DNA of 64,000 nucleotides from NCBI RefSeq assembly GCF_053078305.1, contig NZ_CP166879.1; one strand, 5' to 3'. Shown piece by piece: positions 59,132 to 64,000 of this stretch (position 1 is its first letter; each line of letters starts with the position of its first letter). The notes under the pieces were generated by a model. It saw only the letters and a program-made list of their open reading frames with translations, ran no database searches and was not told where the DNA came from. The position numbers and the translations under genes were made by a program.

Positions 59132-59319
59132 ATTATATTTAAACATCAGAAATATGACGGTTAATCCAGGATAGTAGCTAAAAAAATAAGATTCCTTGCT
59201 GATTTATCCCTGTTTGATATGTAAAATCTGAGGGGCTTATAAGCAACGGATATACGAGTGCTACAATATATGATAAGTTATATATATTAAATGTTCATCA
59301 TCTGTCAGGGGGCTGTTTT

Positions 59320-61107
59320 ATGGCTAAACTGATAAATATATCAGGTGTTACCGAGGAGCGGATGACTGCCGGGGAAAAGCGGGTTGCATCCCGTCTTGAG
59401 GCATTTATGAGTAATGAGTGTCTGGTCTGGTACGATATTCCGGTGGGACGGAAAAACCGACATCCTGATTTTGTCATTATTGACCCGGAGAATGGTCTGG
59501 TATTTCTTGAAGTCAAGGACTGGACCGTTCACACGTTGCATCAGGTAAATCACGAACAGGTCATTCTTGAAACTAACGGTATTCTTAAATCAGAAATAAA
59601 TCCGCTGCTACAGGTTCGTCGTTATGCCTGTGATACCGTAAATGCTTTACCTGCAGACTCACGTTTGCGACAGAATGATGGTCAGTATAAGGGGCGTCTG
59701 AATCTGGCCTGGGCGTATGGTGTTGTGTTTACCCGTATTACCCGCCAGCAACTGAAGGCTCTGGCTGGGAATGATGAAAATGCTGTGGAAAGGATTTTCC
59801 CTTCAGCGCAGACAATCTGTCAGGATGATATGACTCAGTCTGTTTTACCTGATATATTCCGCCAAAAAATTGCCGGGATGTTTACGATGGGATTCAGAAC
59901 CCGGGTGACACCACAGGTTAGAGATATTCTGCGTGCTCATCTGTTTCCTGAAATGACCGTCAGACAGCACTCACAAATCAAAATAATGGATATTCAGCAG
60001 GAGATTCTGGCCAGAAATATTGGTGATGGGCATCGTGTTATTCATGGGGTAGCCGGCTCTGGAAAAACCATGATTCTTTTGTTCCGTTGTCTTTACCTGG
60101 CTGAAACTACCCCTGGTAAGATTCTGGTGCTATGTTACAACATTACTCTGGCCAGCTACCTGCGGGAATGTATTGAGTCCAGGGGACTGAAGTCACGGGT
60201 TACGGTATTCCATTTTCATAGTTGGTGCGCCTCAATGATAAAGCGCCATGGAATTCAGGTGACTGCTGGAGGAAAGGATTACCCGGAGAAATGCTTCAGT
60301 GCGCTGGAAGATGCCGTGAACAGCGGAACAATTACTGATACTGGATACGATGCCGTACTTGTGGATGAGGGGCATGATTTTGAGAGTCGCTGGCTGGCTC
60401 TGATAGCCCGCCTGTTTGATAACGCGTCCCGTTCACTGCTCCTGATGTACGATGACGCACAGTCCATTTACAGACGGGAACGGGCTCTGAACTTTTCGCT
60501 TGCCAGTGTGGGGATTCAGGCGCAGGGACGTACTTCCGTCCTGCCGGTAAATTACCGTAATACGAAACGCATTCTGCACTTTGCTTATGCATTCTCCCGT
60601 GAGTATTTTGAGAAGCATCAGAACCGTGAAATACCGTTTGTTCAGCCACAGGCGGGCGGTGAAGAGGGCACAGAGCCGGAAATTCTGCGTTGTGCTTCTG
60701 AGAGTGATGAGGCAGTGCAGGTTGTGGGCTGGCTGGAGAAACGCTATACACTGTGCGGTCACTGGAGTGATATGGCTGTTTTGTGTCCTGCAGAGTTTTC
60801 AGTGAAACATCTGAAAGAGGTCATGACACAACGCGGGATACCTTATGCCACCTGCTTTGACAGTGAAGGTAAGAAGAAATATTCGCGACGCAAGGATGTT
60901 GTGCATTTACTGACCTACCAGAGCAGTAAGGGACTGGAGTTTCCGTATGTTGCGGTTATCAATGCTTCTTTCGTTCACTCAGGTGCTGCGGATGAGTCTG
61001 AAGTTATTCCGGCGCTTTATGTTGCGTTCACCCGGGCTACACGGGAATTACTGGTGACCTGTTATCGTGAAAACAGTATCAGTCGTCATCTTGAGGATTT
61101 TGTATAA
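59320..61107 (+). CDS. NERD-like nuclease domain fused to UvrD/Rep-like SF1 helicase
   Basis: 595 aa; N-terminal PD-(D/E)xK-like NERD signature (…YDIPVGRKNRHPDFVIIDPENGLVFLEVKDW…); Walker A GVAGSGKT, Walker B VLVDEGHDF, C-terminal helicase motif TYQSSKGLEFPYVAV. Confidence 0.8.
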   Translation: MAKLINISGVTEERMTAGEKRVASRLEAFMSNECLVWYDIPVGRKNRHPDFVIIDPENGLVFLEVKDWTVHTLHQVNHEQVILETNGILKSEINPLLQVRRYACDTVNALPADSRLRQNDGQYKGRLNLAWAYGVVFTRITRQQLKALAGNDENAVERIFPSAQTICQDDMTQSVLPDIFRQKIAGMFTMGFRTRVTPQVRDILRAHLFPEMTVRQHSQIKIMDIQQEILARNIGDGHRVIHGVAGSGKTMILLFRCLYLAETTPGKILVLCYNITLASYLRECIESRGLKSRVTVFHFHSWCASMIKRHGIQVTAGGKDYPEKCFSALEDAVNSGTITDTGYDAVLVDEGHDFESRWLALIARLFDNASRSLLLMYDDAQSIYRRERALNFSLASVGIQAQGRTSVLPVNYRNTKRILHFAYAFSREYFEKHQNREIPFVQPQAGGEEGTEPEILRCASESDEAVQVVGWLEKRYTLCGHWSDMAVLCPAEFSVKHLKEVMTQRGIPYATCFDSEGKKKYSRRKDVVHLLTYQSSKGLEFPYVAVINASFVHSGAADESEVIPALYVAFTRATRELLVTCYRENSISRHLEDFV

Positions 61108-61288
61108 GTTGTGTTTTATTATTGCTGATATGTAATCATTCGTTTTTTGATAATCTAAGATGGGTATTTAGCGAGTATTCAGAGTTGAATTAATATCCCC
61201 CATGTTTTTGATCTGTCAATAGCTGTCCATTACATGGGGTGATCATATATCAGTCGGTAATTACTGGATAAAGTCACCCCCTAAATGA

Positions 61289-61918
61289 TCACTTTATTGT
61301 CCATGCCGGACTAAAGTTTTCCTCCTCAAATAGTTCTGTTAACCCACTTATTTGTTTTAATCTCAGTACCTCATCTGTATCCATGCCCAGTTCACTACCT
61401 ATTCGGAGATCATCCCATCCCATCCGGGAAAGATCTCGGACGATATCGGAGAGCGCGTCTATCTGGTGCTTTCCTCTGGCCCTGTTATGCCTGATGGTCG
61501 AGGCGATAGAGTAAGCTTTAAAGTTATTATCATGCTTAATGCATGTGACAGGTAAATATCCTTTTAGTTTTTTCTCTAGTTTTGTTGTGCTTTTCCCAAG
61601 CATTTGTCTGTGAAATCCGTCAATAACGGTGTATTTCCCCTTTTGAGCTAAGGTGACAACAGGTTGAGTGAATCCATCAACCAACAGGGAGTGTGTTAAT
61701 AACCTTTTTTCGGAGGGAGCCATGACGTTAGGATTATAGTCGTTTGCTTCAATTAGATTGTTTTTTATCCATATAACACAATCAACAGGTTCTGCGTAAA
61801 AAGGACTACTCCTATGTAACTCAATCTTTATTTTATTAATTGCATCAATGCGTTCATCTTCTTTCTTAAGAGAATTAAGGTATACATTTATTTCATTTAT
61901 GATTTGTTCAATGCTCAT
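61289..61918 (-). CDS. ibrB: IbrB-like ParB-like protein (divergent paralog, opposite strand)
   Basis: 209 aa colinear with 34199-34837 (…DGFHRQMLG…IRHNRARGKHQI…LRLKQISGLTELF…) but many substitutions and visibly more AT-rich. Confidence 0.7.
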   Translation of the reverse strand: MSIEQIINEINVYLNSLKKEDERIDAINKIKIELHRSSPFYAEPVDCVIWIKNNLIEANDYNPNVMAPSEKRLLTHSLLVDGFTQPVVTLAQKGKYTVIDGFHRQMLGKSTTKLEKKLKGYLPVTCIKHDNNFKAYSIASTIRHNRARGKHQIDALSDIVRDLSRMGWDDLRIGSELGMDTDEVLRLKQISGLTELFEEENFSPAWTIK

Positions 61919-62507
61919 GTGTTTCTATTTCTTTTAATTTGTATATTTTTCTTGTTTTAAGATGAGTTGTTCTTCTTTCTCTACTTTGTGTTAATATATA
62001 AGTTGTAAGGTTGTTTTGTGTTTTTATTTTTGGTGCTGGAGGAGATAATATGCTCCTCATGATAAACGATGTGATTTTCAAATAAATAATGCTGGGTATA
62101 ATATTTTCTTTTGAATATTAAAGAGTTTATGAAAAGAAAGTTTTCTGGCTATGTCTCCTTATTCTGATATAACTTCACGTATGGAACCATTTAGCATAAA
62201 AATATTTAATTTTATATGGCCAACAGTTCTTGTTAAAGAATATTAGCTAGTTTTCATTATATTATAAACAAAGAGTTCTTTGCTGTGATGGATTTCACAT
62301 TTTATTGTCTTGTTATGTATTCCTTCTGGTTTGAACAGGGTGCTTCAGGGATTTTTATTACTATTACGCTTTTTTGGAGGTGATCTTTACATAAGTATAT
62401 CTGGAAATGGATATGAAAAATCATTATGTGGTTTTTTACACGGATGTCGGTAGGCTATTCTCGTATTGATAATACCCTGCCCATAAATCAGGGCAGGAAT
62501 AGTATTA

Positions 62508-63299
62508 TTAATTTCGGGAGAAGCTTAAGGTTGCCACATCGACAGTTTCATCACACAGACTCTTGTCCGGAAATACTTTCTTATTTTTGACTTTAGCCAG
62601 CCATTGCCCGACATGAAGGGAAGGTACAGTGATGATACCGTCCTCATTACTTACAAAGGTAAGTTCTGCTTTATGAGCCGAATGTTTATGCTCAGCTGCA
62701 TGGGTATGACGGGATGATTTCAGATAACTGACAGAGTCAAGCTCCAGAGTAGCTCCGGCAAGCGGGGATGTTTTATACAGAACTTTCAGCTTCACATCTT
62801 CACCGAAACGACTGATATCGGATAATGGAATGATTTCAAGCTCATCCCCTGTTGGAGACTGATAGAGTTGTGCTGGCATCTGCTGTTCACCAGGAATAAA
62901 AGATTTTGCATATTTAGTCACAAACTCACAGTATGCCACATCATTTCTGCCCTCCCGACTGACAGGCTTCCATCCTGACGAGGTTCTCGACCAGTATCCC
63001 GGTTTCATTTTCGTTGACAGAACGTAGCTATTACCGTTGCCTGCAGACTCAGTTTTATAGACATAATCCGTGGACGTTGGCTTCAGCGTTATTATCTCTT
63101 TCCCGTTATAAAGCCGGGGATTTTCAAAGAAATTCCTTCTGTCAGGAATTGTGCCCTTTGAGGGGAAATTATGACCATAACCAATCTCTGCGGTAACGTT
63201 GTTCTCTGCCTGTTTACCGGTAATCCAGACATCGTGGGCCAGGGCATGCTCCGATGCTGTCAGACAAAGAGCTAAGATATAGCCTGTATTTTTCATCAT
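62508..63299 (-). CDS. Periplasmic protein with signal peptide (DUF4198-like, TonB-receptor-associated)
   Basis: 263 aa; signal peptide then HDVW; 18 bp downstream of a TonB-dependent receptor gene; family call tentative. Confidence 0.5.
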   Translation of the reverse strand: MMKNTGYILALCLTASEHALAHDVWITGKQAENNVTAEIGYGHNFPSKGTIPDRRNFFENPRLYNGKEIITLKPTSTDYVYKTESAGNGNSYVLSTKMKPGYWSRTSSGWKPVSREGRNDVAYCEFVTKYAKSFIPGEQQMPAQLYQSPTGDELEIIPLSDISRFGEDVKLKVLYKTSPLAGATLELDSVSYLKSSRHTHAAEHKHSAHKAELTFVSNEDGIITVPSLHVGQWLAKVKNKKVFPDKSLCDETVDVATLSFSRN

Positions 63300-63317
63300 G
63301 ATTTATTTCCTGCGAGG

Positions 63318-64000
63318 TTACCACTGATAACGGGTATAAAGACTGACAGTTCTGCCTGAAAGCGGCACACCTTTGCCATTCATGGCAAGCTTGTTGAAGG
63401 CATTATCCAGAGTCACTGATGCCTCAAAGCCTTTAACACTTACAGGCTTATAAGACAGTGAAAAGGAATGTACGGCATAGCCAGCCTGATGGGGATCGCC
63501 TTTTTTCACATGCGTGGCTGCTGCCGAAAGTTCAGCGCGCCATCCGGCAGAAACTCCTCCATGACCAACAGGTATACTGATGTCACTGATGAGTGTGTCA
63601 GGATTGCCGGAGCCCAGCCATTCCCTGCTACTGGCATCCATACTTTCCGTGCGGTTATAAGAAAGCATCCAGTCAAAATAATCAGACTGGTAATTACCCT
63701 GCATATCCCATCCCCAGATACGGGCCCGGGATACATTATAAGAATAAGAACGCATCCGTTTCATATCCACGCGCGTGGCAATATAGTTTCTGGCATCCGT
63801 TCCGAAATATCCGCCTTTCAACTGCAGCCGATCATTGTCTGTAAGCAGGCCGTCCAGTTGAATACCTGCGCCAATCTCACGGGTGATGTTATTTTCTGGT
63901 TTCAGATTAAGGTTAGGTACCCAGTAATTGGGTTTACCCTTGCGGTAAAAATGTACATCATCCCTGTACATTTCTGCCATTGTGGGGGCACGGAATGCAG
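63318..64000 (-). CDS. TonB-dependent outer-membrane receptor, 3' part (5' end beyond window)
   Basis: ORF open to window end; C-terminal beta-barrel region ending in the aromatic terminus …SLYTRYQW typical of TonB-dependent receptors. Confidence 0.7.
   Translation of the reverse strand, partial: AFRAPTMAEMYRDDVHFYRKGKPNYWVPNLNLKPENNITREIGAGIQLDGLLTDNDRLQLKGGYFGTDARNYIATRVDMKRMRSYSYNVSRARIWGWDMQGNYQSDYFDWMLSYNRTESMDASSREWLGSGNPDTLISDISIPVGHGGVSAGWRAELSAAATHVKKGDPHQAGYAVHSFSLSYKPVSVKGFEASVTLDNAFNKLAMNGKGVPLSGRTVSLYTRYQW

Noticed and set aside
1-64000. Integrase, intact tRNA, rRNA
   Set aside because: Searched by eye for tyrosine-recombinase motifs and full tRNA sequences; only the 22-nt tRNA-Phe fragment at 1694-1715 was found, so the island's integrase end is presumed outside the window.

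Overview
Enterobacterial (Escherichia coli-like) chromosome segment; all calls are from reading the sequence and ORF track by eye and from memory of protein families, with no database search run. Positions 1-1545 are core genes: the 3' part of a GspL/YghE-like gene and a GspM/YghD-like gene of a type II secretion locus. At 1651-1715 a terminator hairpin and a 22-nt 3' fragment of tRNA-Phe mark the distal att repeat of a pheV/pheU-type genomic island. The remaining ~62 kb is a mosaic accessory island whose integrase and intact tRNA end lie beyond the window. Island content, left to right: (i) a CP4-44/CP4-57-like module on the minus strand (DUF4942-like, YeeW-like, CbtA/CbeA toxin-antitoxin, YeeT, RadC-like, ArdB-like antirestriction, DUF905, DUF932, YeeR-like membrane protein, Antigen 43 with its three-GATC phase switch, YeeP-like GTPase); (ii) a scrambled P4/satellite-like remnant (DUF3987 YfjI-like, AlpA, an RHH-fusion protein, an iteron-like repeat array, an HUH-motif protein, two tandem Cys-rich proteins, an alpA remnant); (iii) a deoxyribose utilisation operon (deoQ/deoK/deoP/deoX-like); (iv) a decayed IS66-family element; (v) an IbrAB-like pair (frameshifted ibrA, ibrB) followed by ~2.5 kb of decayed DNA; (vi) a tos-like type I secretion operon (TolC-like, HlyB-like, HlyD-like, 1614-aa adhesin with perfect 1002-bp tandem repeats) flanked by a 316-bp direct repeat derived from a trimeric-autotransporter gene; (vii) two YadA-like trimeric autotransporter genes separated by an intact IS66-family element with an 8-bp target duplication; (viii) two LuxR-type regulators, a Pmp3-like peptide and an MscS paralog; (ix) a second IbrA-like gene, a NERD-nuclease/SF1-helicase gene and an inverted IbrB-like gene; (x) a DUF4198-like periplasmic protein and the 3' part of a TonB-dependent receptor. 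No rRNA, intact tRNA, CRISPR array or integrase was found. The best candidates for something not yet characterised are the ibrA'-NERD/helicase-ibrB' locus together with the duplicated PAPS-reductase/ParB-like pairing, and the RHH-protein/iteron-array/HUH-protein module.
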